Assembly: GCA_964496765.1 (NCBI GenBank)
Contig: CAZCAP010000002.1
Span: 66,376 to 98,375, forward strand
Direction: 5' to 3'
From: an uncultured archaeon
GTDB lineage: Archaea > Iainarchaeota > Iainarchaeia > Iainarchaeales > CSSED10-239
DNA length: 32,000 nucleotides
Positions 9,505 to 20,054 of the stretch are shown one piece after another. Within the stretch, counting starts at the first letter, position 1. Every line of letters starts with the position of its first letter. Both the position numbers and the translations under genes were made by a program. The notes below the pieces were generated by a model. That model saw nothing but the letters and a program-made list of their open reading frames with translations, did not search any database and was not told the DNA's origin.

Positions 9505-11718
9505 TTAACTGCTTTTTTCTTCTGTGGATTTTTTAATCTTATTTTTCTTTGCGACTGGTGCTTTGGGTTTAATTACTTTTATAAGTTTTTCTTTTTTAAT
9601 TTCTTCTTTTTTCTTAATCTTTTCGTCCTTTTCTTGTGCTTTCTTTTCTTTTGCGGCTACCTTTTCTTCTCTAGCTGCTTTTCTTTCTTCTATTTCTTTT
9701 CTCATTTCTTCTTTTGTTACACAGTTTGGGTTCAAGCACATCTCAAAATTAAGCCCTCTCTTTCCAGTCATCTTTATCATTGGTGCTTTACACTCTGGGC
9801 AAGCTCTATCCAATGGAGCTGCCTTTTTATTCTGAGGAAGTGGATAGGTTGTTCTACACTTAGGAAATCCAGAACATCCAACAAATTGCTTTCCACTAGA
9901 TCCACCATATCTAATAACTAGATCCTTACCACAGTTAGGGCATTTACCAAGATATGAAGATGTGTGTATTCCACCCTTAAGTTCTTTAGCAATATCTTCT
10001 TTTTCTTTTAAAAGAATATCAACAATTGTTTTTATGATATCTCTAGTCTTGTTTACAACATCATCTTTTTTTTTCTTACCTGCAGCAACTTCATCCATCT
10101 CTATTTCTGTGTTTGCAGTAAGAGCAGGATTAGTTATCTTTTCACAATATTTATTAAGAACAGAACAAACAGCAATTGCAATATCTGTTGGAGATATACT
10201 TTTTGCTCCTTCAATATAATTTCTATCTTTAAGTTTTTGAATAATTGCTGGTCTAGTTGATTTTGTTCCTAAATTCTGTTCTTCCATTAATTTAATTAAT
10301 CCACCTTCACTGTATTGTGCAGGAGGGGTTGTTTCTTTTTTATCAAGATTCATTTCATCTATGTTAACCTCATCTCCTTTTGCAAGATTAGGAAGGATGA
10401 CTTCATTTAATTTAGAATAATAATATATTTTTTTCCAACCAGCTTCAATAATTCTTTGACCAGAAACAGAAAAAGGTTCCTTCACAGCATCAATTACTGC
10501 TGATACATTTTCAGTAACTGCTTCCTTTGAAAGTGTTGCTAAGAATCTTCTAACAATTAATTCATATATTCTTTGTGAATTTCCAGTTAACCTATCTGAA
10601 TATCCAACTGGGTGTATTGGTGGATGATCTGTTGTTTCCTTATCCCCCCTTGATGGATGTAGAGGTTTTTTAATAATCTCATCAATATATTCTTTATATG
10701 TTCTATTTGTGGATAGGTTTTTCAATATTTCTTTTAAATCTAGGCTCGGAGGATAAACTGTGTTATCTGTTCTTGGGTAACTAATTAATCCTTCTTGATA
10801 TAGGTTTTCTGCAAGAGAAGAAGCTTGGCTAGTTCCAATTCCTAGAGAGCTTGCTGCTCTAAGAAAGCTAGTTGTATTGAAAGGTGCGGGTTTAGGAATT
10901 CTCTTTTCCTGTTTATCAACAGACTTTACAATTCCTGTTTTTGCATTTTTAATTATTTCATAAATTTTATTTGCAAGATTAAGATCAAACATTTTTCCAT
11001 TTTTATGTATTCCTTCAAACTTAATCCTGTGTTTTTCAAATATTATTCTAATCACATGATACTTTTCAGGAACGAATTTTCGTCTTTCTAGTTCTCTTTC
11101 AACAATGAGATTTAAAAGTGGGGTCTGTACTCTTCCAGCAGATAAAAACATCTTACCCTTTCTATTTCCAACAACAGAAAGATATCTAGTTAATATTGCT
11201 CCCCATAGCAAATCAATCTCTTGTCTTGTAAACACAGAATATGCAAAATTAAAATCAAATTGTCTTAGGTTTGAGAATGCATCTCCGACTTCCTTATCTG
11301 TTAATGCACTAAAATATGCTCTTGAAAGCTTTGCGTTCTTGTTTTTCTTAAGTAAATAGTTATAGGCCTCTAGTCCAATGGCTTCTCCTTCCCTATCTGC
11401 ATCTGTTGCAATAATAATTTCATCAAGGTCTTTTCTTTCCTTTTCTAATTCTGAAATTATTTTTTTCTCATACCCAATATATGCGAATTTCTTATCCGCA
11501 AGTGCTTTGAGGGTATATATATTCCAATATCTGTCCTCATCAATGAAATCAACTGTATTTATGTGACCTCTGAGAGGAATAAGTAGATACTCTTTCCCAG
11601 TTGATCCCCATTTAAAGCAGGGAAACCCTTTTTCTTGGTTTGTTTCGAAATTATTTTTTGAAAGTATTGCTGCAATTCTTTTTCCTGCAATTGGTTTTTC
11701 AGAAATAATTATTTTCAT
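9505..11718 (-). CDS. topA: DNA topoisomerase I (type IA) with C-terminal zinc fingers
   Basis: 737 aa; Toprim DREGEAIG, catalytic region EGLISYPRTDNTVY, two CxxC zinc-finger modules and a Lys-rich tail. Confidence 0.95.
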   Translation of the reverse strand: MKIIISEKPIAGKRIAAILSKNNFETNQEKGFPCFKWGSTGKEYLLIPLRGHINTVDFIDEDRYWNIYTLKALADKKFAYIGYEKKIISELEKERKDLDEIIIATDADREGEAIGLEAYNYLLKKNKNAKLSRAYFSALTDKEVGDAFSNLRQFDFNFAYSVFTRQEIDLLWGAILTRYLSVVGNRKGKMFLSAGRVQTPLLNLIVERELERRKFVPEKYHVIRIIFEKHRIKFEGIHKNGKMFDLNLANKIYEIIKNAKTGIVKSVDKQEKRIPKPAPFNTTSFLRAASSLGIGTSQASSLAENLYQEGLISYPRTDNTVYPPSLDLKEILKNLSTNRTYKEYIDEIIKKPLHPSRGDKETTDHPPIHPVGYSDRLTGNSQRIYELIVRRFLATLSKEAVTENVSAVIDAVKEPFSVSGQRIIEAGWKKIYYYSKLNEVILPNLAKGDEVNIDEMNLDKKETTPPAQYSEGGLIKLMEEQNLGTKSTRPAIIQKLKDRNYIEGAKSISPTDIAIAVCSVLNKYCEKITNPALTANTEIEMDEVAAGKKKKDDVVNKTRDIIKTIVDILLKEKEDIAKELKGGIHTSSYLGKCPNCGKDLVIRYGGSSGKQFVGCSGFPKCRTTYPLPQNKKAAPLDRACPECKAPMIKMTGKRGLNFEMCLNPNCVTKEEMRKEIEERKAAREEKVAAKEKKAQEKDEKIKKKEEIKKEKLIKVIKPKAPVAKKNKIKKSTEEKSS

Positions 11719-11768
11719 TTTAATGTATCCATATATTTTGTTTATAACCCACTAGAAAAAGAAATAAA

Positions 11769-12239
11769 TTAGAAGGTTGTTTGTAAAATCTTACTTGGTA
11801 AGTTTTTGCTTGCCTTGTATTCTTTAATGTAGGTAAGTGTATTTACATTTGTGATTCCATCTATTGAATAAACATTATCCAATATTTTTTTAAGATTGTT
11901 TTTGTCGGTTGCAATTACCTCTGCAACAAAATTGTATTGCCCAGTAACCCCCTTGAGTGCAATTACGTCTTCCATGTCCTTTAGTTTTTTAATAATCTCG
12001 TTTTGCTTTGGAGGATCAATCATTATCAGCATTTCTATGTGTTCAGAAAATCCAATAATTGTGTAATCCACTTCTGCAAATATGGATTTAATAATTCCCT
12101 TTTGCTTTAGTCTTTCAAGGCGCTTCTTAATTGCAACATCTGTTAAATTTATTTCCTTAGCAATATTTGCAAAAGAAATTCTCCCATCTACTATTAATTT
12201 TTCAATAATGTGTTTATCTATTTTATCTATCACTTGCAT
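11769..12239 (-). CDS. Lrp/AsnC family transcriptional regulator
   Basis: 156 aa; N-terminal winged HTH (DKHIIEKLIVDGRISFANIAKEINLTDVAIKKRLERLKQKGII) and RAM-like C-terminal domain. Confidence 0.92.
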   Translation of the reverse strand: MQVIDKIDKHIIEKLIVDGRISFANIAKEINLTDVAIKKRLERLKQKGIIKSIFAEVDYTIIGFSEHIEMLIMIDPPKQNEIIKKLKDMEDVIALKGVTGQYNFVAEVIATDKNNLKKILDNVYSIDGITNVNTLTYIKEYKASKNLPSKILQTTF

Positions 12240-12259
12240 AATAACACCCTCTAGTTTAA

Positions 12260-12976
12260 TTATAATTGACTTCTTGGTTTTAATAATCTGTATTTGTTTA
12301 GATATACTTCTGTTTTAAGTATTTCAATATATGGAATTATAAATATCACAAATACAAATATTGAAATAATTGGACCCACAATACTTCCAAATGCAATATC
12401 AATAATATATGTTATGAACATTAAAAGAAATGCAGCAACAAACAAACTAATCATAAAGAACCAATTTCTTTTCCAATATTTTGTACTAATTATTATAGAT
12501 GCGCCTATAGATTCCTTTTCCATAATAATAACCTGTGGAACAAACCAAAGCATTAGTGTTATTATTAATAAAACTAATGATATGATAATATTATTCAATA
12601 GAAATAAATTGTATAGCACTACAGATATTCCGTACATTAATAAAAAGAAAACCCAATTGAATTTAGTTAACTTAATGAAATGTGATTTAATATCCCTTGC
12701 CTGAACCCTATCACTAATCTTATAGTCTGATCCAATTCTATAAATTAAAACAGTTTGTATAAGACTGTACACAAAAATTATTACAAGACAGGATATTATT
12801 GTTAATATGATGTCTCCTGGAACCTGATCAAGAATATTATATGAAATATTAAGATTACCACCAAACACACTAAATATTGGATTTATTAAAAATAATAAAA
12901 ACAAAAATAGTACGCTTAATGAAAGAATTATTTTATAATTTTCAAAATATTTTCTAAAAGTAATTCCAATATCCAT
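12260..12976 (-). CDS. Multi-pass membrane protein of unknown function
   Basis: 238 aa with about six hydrophobic segments, uninterrupted ORF. Confidence 0.65.
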   Translation of the reverse strand: MDIGITFRKYFENYKIILSLSVLFLFLLFLINPIFSVFGGNLNISYNILDQVPGDIILTIISCLVIIFVYSLIQTVLIYRIGSDYKISDRVQARDIKSHFIKLTKFNWVFFLLMYGISVVLYNLFLLNNIIISLVLLIITLMLWFVPQVIIMEKESIGASIIISTKYWKRNWFFMISLFVAAFLLMFITYIIDIAFGSIVGPIISIFVFVIFIIPYIEILKTEVYLNKYRLLKPRSQL

Positions 12977-13120
12977 ACCTGACCATCTTCTTTCTATGTT
13001 TTATTCAATATATAATATAATTTGTTTTCTATATAATTAGTCTATCAAATAATTTATATACTTAACATTTTTAGGGGATATTCTTTAGTTTTCATCCCAA
13101 GGGTGTTTTTTATTGCTTTT

Positions 13121-14341
13121 TTACCCAAGAAGATAGTATTCTTTAGACCCATTTATCTTGATTTTTGCTATGTTTCCTAGCTTAATTTTTCCATTTTTAT
13201 TTGATTTTATAACAACAGGCAGATATTCCTCTGTTTTTCCAAGAAATTCGTTTTTGTTTGTGGCTTGTTCGTTGACTAGAACCTGTTTGGTTTGTCCAAC
13301 AAATATAACAGAATTGTTCCTTGCAATCTCTTTTGCAACCTTCGCAAGAATTCTAGATCTCTCCTTCTTAATTTGTCCGTGGAGATCCTTTAGGTTATTT
13401 GCTTCTATTCCTTTTCTTTTTCCAAATCTTGAAATATTAATTAATGGGGGTTTAATTTTTTTAATAAATTTTATTGTGTTTTCAAACTCTTTTTCTGTTT
13501 CTTCTGGAAAACCAACAATCACATCTGTTGCAATTGTTATTGTTGGGTGAACTTTTCTAAAATAATTAATAATGGTTTCAATTTCCTGCGTTTTATAATA
13601 TCTATTCATTTTTTTTAGTGTGTTATTATCTCCTGCTTGAATAGGGATGTGTAGGAACTTATAAATTTTTTTGTTTTTATATACTTTAGCAAGTTCTTTA
13701 TAAAATTTAATTAGATGTTGTGGGTTTGCCATTCCTAATCTTATTCTAAATTCACCAGGTATTTTAATTATTTCTTTAAGTAGATTTACTATGTTTGTCT
13801 TAATATCTAATCCATAGCAACCAGTGTCCTGGGCAGTAAGTAATATTTCTTTTGATCCGTTTTTTAGTGCAAATTTAGTTTCCTCTAGTATTTCCTTAAT
13901 TAGTTTACTTTTCAGTCTTCCTCTTGCAAATTTGACTGCGCAATAAGTGCATGCTCCAAGACAGCCGTTTGCAATAATTATTGCCTGAGTTATTTTTTTC
14001 TGAGATTTAATTTTACTTTTAGAAAAAATTAATTTTTTTAATTTTTTTACATCTTTTAACCCAAAATAGTTTGCTTTTGGGCACGTTCTTCTAAGTCCAG
14101 ATGAATCAATATCAACAAGACACCCAAACAATATAATTTTTTTATCTTTCGTTCCATTTTTTTTAAGTTCCTGCAGATATTTAATTATTTTAAACTCTGT
14201 TTGTTCTTTAACCCCGCAGGTGTTTATAAGAATAAAATCCGCAGAATTTATATTTTCTGTTAATATTGTATGATTGGTTAATTCTTCACTAGTTCTTTGA
14301 TTTAGAGTGCATCCAAATGTTTTAACAAATATAGTTTTCAT
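13121..14341 (-). CDS. MiaB-like tRNA methylthiotransferase (archaeal/eukaryotic MtaB/CDKAL1-type), radical SAM with TRAM domain
   Basis: MKTIFVKTFGCTLNQ, INTCGVKEQTE, radical-SAM CLGACTYCAVKFARG, C-terminal TRAM-like domain. Confidence 0.9.
   Translation of the reverse strand: MKTIFVKTFGCTLNQRTSEELTNHTILTENINSADFILINTCGVKEQTEFKIIKYLQELKKNGTKDKKIILFGCLVDIDSSGLRRTCPKANYFGLKDVKKLKKLIFSKSKIKSQKKITQAIIIANGCLGACTYCAVKFARGRLKSKLIKEILEETKFALKNGSKEILLTAQDTGCYGLDIKTNIVNLLKEIIKIPGEFRIRLGMANPQHLIKFYKELAKVYKNKKIYKFLHIPIQAGDNNTLKKMNRYYKTQEIETIINYFRKVHPTITIATDVIVGFPEETEKEFENTIKFIKKIKPPLINISRFGKRKGIEANNLKDLHGQIKKERSRILAKVAKEIARNNSVIFVGQTKQVLVNEQATNKNEFLGKTEEYLPVVIKSNKNGKIKLGNIAKIKINGSKEYYLLG
13293..13310 (-). 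repeat. Dispersed 18-mer TGTTATATTTGTTGGACA, copy 3 (exact)
   Basis: Inside the MiaB-like gene, encoding part of SVIFVGQT. Confidence 0.9.
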
Positions 14342-14388
14342 AAATATACTCCACCAATTGAATAGGTGTACAATAAAATATTATGAAA

Positions 14389-14787
14389 TTATTTTTCAGA
14401 AAAAATAATTCCAAATATCCCTGCTATAATGAATTCTAAGAATGCTGAATCTAAAAGCATTTTAAAAAATTGTAATTGCATTGGCCAGGTTGGATTTAAC
14501 AACTTAATCTGCCATGCATAAAATAAGACTGCAATATAGAATGCAAATACTCCTGCAATTGCAAAAATTATTGCAATCCAATACTTATTTTTATAATTAG
14601 TATATTTTTCTATTATTGGAGTTAAATAATAAAATCCAATGAATCCAATAAGTGGAAGAAATATGTACATGGGTGTTGTGAAATAATTACTTTTCGTTAA
14701 TAGATAAATTAAACCCTGTGAAATCACAAAAGATATAATTAACCACACACTAAACCTAATAACTTTATTTCTTCTTTCTTTCTTCAT
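14389..14787 (-). CDS. Small membrane protein of unknown function
   Basis: 132 aa with four predicted hydrophobic helices. Confidence 0.55.
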   Translation of the reverse strand: MKKERRNKVIRFSVWLIISFVISQGLIYLLTKSNYFTTPMYIFLPLIGFIGFYYLTPIIEKYTNYKNKYWIAIIFAIAGVFAFYIAVLFYAWQIKLLNPTWPMQLQFFKMLLDSAFLEFIIAGIFGIIFSEK

Positions 14788-14912
14788 ATTAATTTTCCTA
14801 ATAAATGTTGATATATATAGAACAATAAAAAGTGTTATAAATATATTGGGTTATTATTTTAAGTGTAATATAGATATAATATATTGAAAATAGAACCTAG
14901 ATTGCGATATTT

Positions 14913-15902
14913 ATGACTCAAAAGAACGAAAACACCTTTCCCTGGACTGAAAAATACAGACCAAAGAGGTTAGCTGACGTGGTTGGGCAAAAACACATCC
15001 TTGAAAGATTAAAAAAGTATGTGGAGAAAAGATCAATTCCAAACATGTTGTTTTCTGGACCTCCTGGGGTTGGTAAAACTTGTTGTGCAGTTGCTCTTGC
15101 AAGAGAGTTATTTGGACCCACTTTTAATCAGGATTTTTTAGAACTTAATGCATCCGATGAACGTGGAATTGGTATAGTTAGAGGAGAAATAAAAGAATTC
15201 GCAATGACCATCCCTCTCGGAGCTGATTTTAAAATTATTTTTTTGGATGAGGCTGATGCCCTTACTGTTGATGCTCAGCAGGCACTAAGAAGAACCATGG
15301 AAAAGTATACTGGAACCGTTAGATTTATTTTAAATGCAAACTATGCATCAAAATTAATTTCTCCAATTCAAAGCAGATGTTCTTTATTTAAATTTAAACC
15401 TCTATCTAGAGAAGAGGTTTCTGATAAAATAACTGATGTAGTAAAACACGAAAATATAAAAATAGATGATGATGCAATAAATGCAATTTATGACATTTGT
15501 GAAGGAGATATGAGACTTGCTCTTAATTATCTTCAAAGTTCAGCATCAACAACTGATCACATTAAAAAAGAAACAATATATAGTGTTTCAAATGCAGCAC
15601 AACCAAAGGACATTTTAAATCTTATTGATTCTTGTCTTGCAGGTAATTTTCTTGATGCTAGAAAGCATTTAGAAACATTATTATTTGATCAGGGGCTATC
15701 GGGAGAGGACATAATTAGTCAACTATATAAAAAAATAGTTTCCTATCCTGAAGAAAAATTAAATATAAAACACAAAATACAAATAATAGATAAGATAGCA
15801 GAAATTAACTTTAGGCTAGTGGAGGGTGCAAACGATAGAATACAATTGGAAGCACTTCTAGCACAAATAATATTAATAAACCACATAAATAAGGGTGAAT
15901 AA
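14913..15902 (+). CDS. rfcS: Replication factor C small subunit
   Basis: 329 aa; PWTEKYRPKRLADVVGQ, GPPGVGKTCCAVALARELFG, IIFLDEADALTVDAQQALRRTME. Confidence 0.96.
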   Translation: MTQKNENTFPWTEKYRPKRLADVVGQKHILERLKKYVEKRSIPNMLFSGPPGVGKTCCAVALARELFGPTFNQDFLELNASDERGIGIVRGEIKEFAMTIPLGADFKIIFLDEADALTVDAQQALRRTMEKYTGTVRFILNANYASKLISPIQSRCSLFKFKPLSREEVSDKITDVVKHENIKIDDDAINAIYDICEGDMRLALNYLQSSASTTDHIKKETIYSVSNAAQPKDILNLIDSCLAGNFLDARKHLETLLFDQGLSGEDIISQLYKKIVSYPEEKLNIKHKIQIIDKIAEINFRLVEGANDRIQLEALLAQIILINHINKGE

Positions 15903-15904
15903 AT

Positions 15905-17668
15905 TTGCCAACATATTTAGATGAACTTGTTTCAAAATACAATAAACCAAAGGACGCAGGAACTCCAGAGGTGATCTCTGATTCCTCAAAACCAAAAACA
16001 GACTCAAATGATTTTAAAGAAAAAGTAATTTCAATTGATGCAATTTCACAAAACAAACCAGTTCAAAATATAGGTTCTATTTCACCTCCTGAAATTAAAA
16101 AAGAAGAAATAAAAGATATGAATCAACTAACTTCCATTAAAGATTTAATTTCAAAGAGTACAAGCGATGAAAATAAAATAAACAAACTGGATGATTCATC
16201 AAATTTTGATGATTATTTGTCTGGTAAAAAAACAACCCTAATAACTAAGTATGGGCAAACAGAAATTTATAGAATCGAGGGTGAACAATTATTACATTAT
16301 AAAATTCCAATTCCAAAACCAAATCCTTCTCAAAAACTTATTATAAACACATTAAAAGAAGCAACAACCAGATTGATTTCATCAGACCCCTATAAAATAA
16401 GGGATCCACTACAGAGAAGGAATATCTATTATCAAAAAATAATTGAAATTTTAGAAAACGCATCTGAAATAAATATTCCAAAGCACATGTTTGATTTTTA
16501 TGCGGATGCGGTTGTTAAAGAAATGACTGGTTATGGAATAATTGAACCACTACTTCAGGATGATAAGCTTGAAGAAGTAATGATTGTTGGACCAAAAAAA
16601 CCAGTGTATGTTTATCATTCAGAATATGGTATGCTTAGTACAAACATCGCTTTTAATACTGATGAAGAAATAGAAGAAATAATCGATAAAATCGCAAGAA
16701 CTCTTGGTCGTCAGGTTGATATTTCAAATCCAATTCTTGATGCAAGACTACCAGATGGTTCTCGTGTTAATGCAACCATCCCTCCTGCATCCATTGATGG
16801 TGCAACAGTTACAATTAGAAAATTCAGAGCAGATCCCTACACAATTGTAGATATAGTTAATAAAAAAACAGTAAATGTAGAGGTTGCTGCATTTCTATGG
16901 TCTGTTGTTGAGGGTTTTGGAGCAAAACCAGCAAACATATTAATTTCTGGAGGAACAGGTTCAGGAAAAACAACTCTATTAAATGTTTTAGCAAATTTCA
17001 TTCCTGAAAAAGATAGAATATTAACAATTGAGGACACTGCAGAATTACAATTACCATTGAAGCATCTAATTAGATTTGAAGGGAGACCACCTGGAGTTGA
17101 AGGAAAAGGTGAATTAAGTTTAGAGATATTAACTAAAAACACATTGAGAATGAGACCAGATAGAATAATTGTAGGAGAAATTCGTCATAAGGAAGCAAAC
17201 GCATTATTCACTGCAATGAACACTGGTCACGATGGATGTATGGGAACTATCCATGCAAATTCAGCAAGAGAAACACTTGTAAGAATAACCTCTCCACCAA
17301 TGAATGTGCCTATGCTTATGCTTGCAGGATTAGATTTTATAATTATTCAAAAAAGGATTGCTACACCAAAAGGCCAAGTTAGAAGAATCACTGCAATTGC
17401 AGAGGTTACCGGTGTTTTAGATAACGATCCAAAAGCTAATATTATATTTCAATGGAATCCTCAAACAGATGAGCTTGAAAGGACAGATCTCCCAATACGC
17501 TATTTTGATACAATAAAAAACTATACAAATTTATCAGATTTAGATATAAAACAAAAAATCGAATCAAGGATAAAGATTTTAAATGAGATGGTTACTAATA
17601 AAGTAAGAGACTTAACTGAAGTTTCAAAAATTATCCAAGGAAGTTATGCGAAAATCATATATAATTAA
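15905..17668 (+). CDS. Type II/IV secretion system ATPase (TadA/PilB/FlaI family), type IV pilus assembly
   Basis: 587 aa; ILISGGTGSGKTTLLNVLANFIP, RILTIEDTAELQL, TLRMRPDRIIVGEIRHKEA, MGTIHANSARETL. TTG start 2 nt after the rfcS stop, RBS aagggtg. Confidence 0.93.
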   Translation: MPTYLDELVSKYNKPKDAGTPEVISDSSKPKTDSNDFKEKVISIDAISQNKPVQNIGSISPPEIKKEEIKDMNQLTSIKDLISKSTSDENKINKLDDSSNFDDYLSGKKTTLITKYGQTEIYRIEGEQLLHYKIPIPKPNPSQKLIINTLKEATTRLISSDPYKIRDPLQRRNIYYQKIIEILENASEINIPKHMFDFYADAVVKEMTGYGIIEPLLQDDKLEEVMIVGPKKPVYVYHSEYGMLSTNIAFNTDEEIEEIIDKIARTLGRQVDISNPILDARLPDGSRVNATIPPASIDGATVTIRKFRADPYTIVDIVNKKTVNVEVAAFLWSVVEGFGAKPANILISGGTGSGKTTLLNVLANFIPEKDRILTIEDTAELQLPLKHLIRFEGRPPGVEGKGELSLEILTKNTLRMRPDRIIVGEIRHKEANALFTAMNTGHDGCMGTIHANSARETLVRITSPPMNVPMLMLAGLDFIIIQKRIATPKGQVRRITAIAEVTGVLDNDPKANIIFQWNPQTDELERTDLPIRYFDTIKNYTNLSDLDIKQKIESRIKILNEMVTNKVRDLTEVSKIIQGSYAKIIYN

Positions 17669-17683
17669 ATTGATTGAATTGAT

Positions 17684-18826
17684 ATGGATGACAAAAAATT
17701 AATTAGATTAAAAGAAGACACCATAAAGAGTCCAACTAAAAAGAGTAACGTAGACTTGGATGTGGTTCAAAACATTGTTAATAAGATGAAAAAGAAATCT
17801 GCTGCCCAGGGGACGGCTGGAAATGTTTCTGAAGTTCATTTGAAAGAGCTACGAGAAATAATTTCTGAAGGGAAGTTATCTAATCTTGATGCAGACACAG
17901 AATCTAAATTAGTATCTGGGAATGATTCTTCTTTAGAAAAAAGTTTAGTTAAATTTTATAAACCATTTAAAGCATTTATTAATTACATAGTGATGCTCAT
18001 TGCAAAAAATTCAATTGGTAAAAAAATATCTTTTTATTTAACATCTGCTAACATTAAAAAAACATTAGTTCAACATTTGGTTTTTTCAGTATTATTTTCT
18101 ATGTTAATTTCTGGATTTATTTCTTTATTATTAGTTTTATTATTTACCTATTATAATCCACTTCTATTGATTATAATTCCATTTGTTTTTATTGGTCTTT
18201 TAGCCATATTAATTTTAATGTTTGCATATTTGTTACCTATGCAAAAAGCGAAAATAAGAGGGGTTTTAATTGATGTTGAATTACCCTATGCTCTTCGTCA
18301 CATAGCAACAGAATTGCAAGCAGGAATTGGGTTATTTAAGGTTTTACAATCTGTTGCAAAGAATGATTATGGTGTTCTTTCTGAAGAAATGAATAGAACA
18401 ATATTAGAGATTGAAAATGGAACAGATACAAAAACCGCACTAAGACATGCTACTCTTAGAAGTCAATCTAAAAATTATAATATTGCGTTATTCCACATTG
18501 TAAGAACTCTAAACACTGGTGGTAATCTTGCAGAAACAATTAATGGGGTTGCTGATTCTGTTTCTTTTGATTTAATGGAATCTGCAAAAGTATTCGGAGA
18601 AAAAATGAATTTCTTTGGAATTATTTTTATTTTTATGGCAATCGTTATGCCTGTGTTTGCTTCGATTTTAGGTGCAATTGCAAACTCACCATTGGGTCAG
18701 GATGGGTCTCTATTCCTTCCTGGAGTGATGACACCAACTATATTGAGTTTAATTTATTTAGTTGCTTTACCAATAATATTTATATTTTTAATATTGTATA
18801 TTAAAATGATAGAACCAAAGATGTGA
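17684..18826 (+). CDS. TadB/FlaJ-like T2SSF-domain pilus assembly membrane protein
   Basis: 380 aa; directly downstream of the ATPase; YALRHIATELQAGIGLFKVLQSVAKNDYGVLSEEM pattern and C-terminal transmembrane pair. Confidence 0.85.
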   Translation: MDDKKLIRLKEDTIKSPTKKSNVDLDVVQNIVNKMKKKSAAQGTAGNVSEVHLKELREIISEGKLSNLDADTESKLVSGNDSSLEKSLVKFYKPFKAFINYIVMLIAKNSIGKKISFYLTSANIKKTLVQHLVFSVLFSMLISGFISLLLVLLFTYYNPLLLIIIPFVFIGLLAILILMFAYLLPMQKAKIRGVLIDVELPYALRHIATELQAGIGLFKVLQSVAKNDYGVLSEEMNRTILEIENGTDTKTALRHATLRSQSKNYNIALFHIVRTLNTGGNLAETINGVADSVSFDLMESAKVFGEKMNFFGIIFIFMAIVMPVFASILGAIANSPLGQDGSLFLPGVMTPTILSLIYLVALPIIFIFLILYIKMIEPKM

Positions 18827-18830
18827 TTAT

Positions 18831-19724
18831 ATGAAATTTTTAGAAAGATATCAAATATATCTTTATGGACAAAAAATAAAAATACCAGCATTATATTGGT
18901 TAGGTATAATTTTTACGTTTTCTCTTTTGCTTGGAATAGGAGGATATTTCATAGATGCAAAAATTGGATTCCTATTATTTGTAATATTATTAGATTTAGG
19001 ATATGGTATTCCCATATACCTTTATGATAGTCACATTAAACAAATAGAAAGATACTGGCCTGAAGCACTTAAACTAATTGCTGACACCATGAAAGCTGGA
19101 TCCTCATTTGATTATGCATTGAGAGAAGTTTGTGTTGCTGATTTTGGGCCCCTATCATTCGAAATAAATGAAGTTATTAGAAGAATAGAAATGGGAGATA
19201 CCACTGTTAAAGCACTTGGATTTTTATCCTATAGGGTCGAATCAAAAGTTGTTAGAAGAACAGTTACATTAATTCAGGAATCATTGAGAACTGGTGCTCC
19301 ATTAGCAGATGTTTTAGAAGAAATTGCTAATGATACAAAATACATTTATAGAATTAAAAAGGAAAGACAAACAAAAACAATGCTTCAAACAATATTTATT
19401 GTTGCTGCTGGTTCAGTTGTTGCTCCTTTCATTTTTGGATTAACAAGAGTAATTACAGAATTTTTAACAAATGTAGCAACTGACACCGGAATTGCGTCTG
19501 CTTCTGCATTGGTAGTTGCAATGCAAACCCAGGCTACAATCTTTTTACTACTTGATATTTATATTATCTTAGAGGTTCTTGCTGCTTCCGCAATGATTAG
19601 TATGATGAGAGAAGGTAAGCTAAGTCCAATGTATGTATTTTTTCCTGTAATGATAACCATTGCATACACTGTATATCTCATAGCCCAGGTTGTTTTAAGA
19701 GGAATGCTTGCAGGAATGATATGA
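18831..19724 (+). CDS. TadC/FlaJ-like T2SSF-domain pilus assembly membrane protein
   Basis: 297 aa; WPEALKLIADTMKAGSSFDYALREVCVADFGPLSFEINEVIRRIEMG, an archaeal T2SSF pattern. Confidence 0.87.
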   Translation: MKFLERYQIYLYGQKIKIPALYWLGIIFTFSLLLGIGGYFIDAKIGFLLFVILLDLGYGIPIYLYDSHIKQIERYWPEALKLIADTMKAGSSFDYALREVCVADFGPLSFEINEVIRRIEMGDTTVKALGFLSYRVESKVVRRTVTLIQESLRTGAPLADVLEEIANDTKYIYRIKKERQTKTMLQTIFIVAAGSVVAPFIFGLTRVITEFLTNVATDTGIASASALVVAMQTQATIFLLLDIYIILEVLAASAMISMMREGKLSPMYVFFPVMITIAYTVYLIAQVVLRGMLAGMI

Positions 19725-19734
19725 AATTTCGTAG

Positions 19735-19920
19735 ATGATGTTTATGAGAGAAAAACTTAAAAAAATTATAAAAGAAGAAAAGGCACAGGTGTCTTTGGAG
19801 TTTTTAATTATACTTGGAATTGTTGCTCTTGCTGCAGTTGCTGTTGGGTTTTATTTAAAGCAGGTATCTGCAAAGAATGTTAAAAATGCAACAAGTACAC
19901 AAGCTGATGCAATGAAGTAA
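19735..19920 (+). CDS. Small class III signal peptide pilin-like protein
   Basis: 61 aa; KAQVSLEFLIILGIVALAAVAVGFYLKQV, class III prepilin motif. Confidence 0.85.
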   Translation: MMFMREKLKKIIKEEKAQVSLEFLIILGIVALAAVAVGFYLKQVSAKNVKNATSTQADAMK

Positions 19921-20054
19921 ATCAATTAGGTTAACTTTCCTAAACAGAAATATATATAAATCTGACGTTCTTATATATAGTAAATAATTATTATATCTTG
20001 AAAAAAGATTATAATAAAAAAACTTAAAAAAACAAAATAAATAGGTGAAATAAA

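Noticed and set aside
9524-11566. Plus-strand ORFs opposite topA
   Set aside because: Antisense shadows of a strongly conserved coding gene.
14911-17142. Minus-strand ORFs opposite rfcS and the pilus ATPase (14911, 14918, 15811) and the one at 16837-17142
   Set aside because: Overlap conserved catalytic motifs of sense genes and lack independent support.
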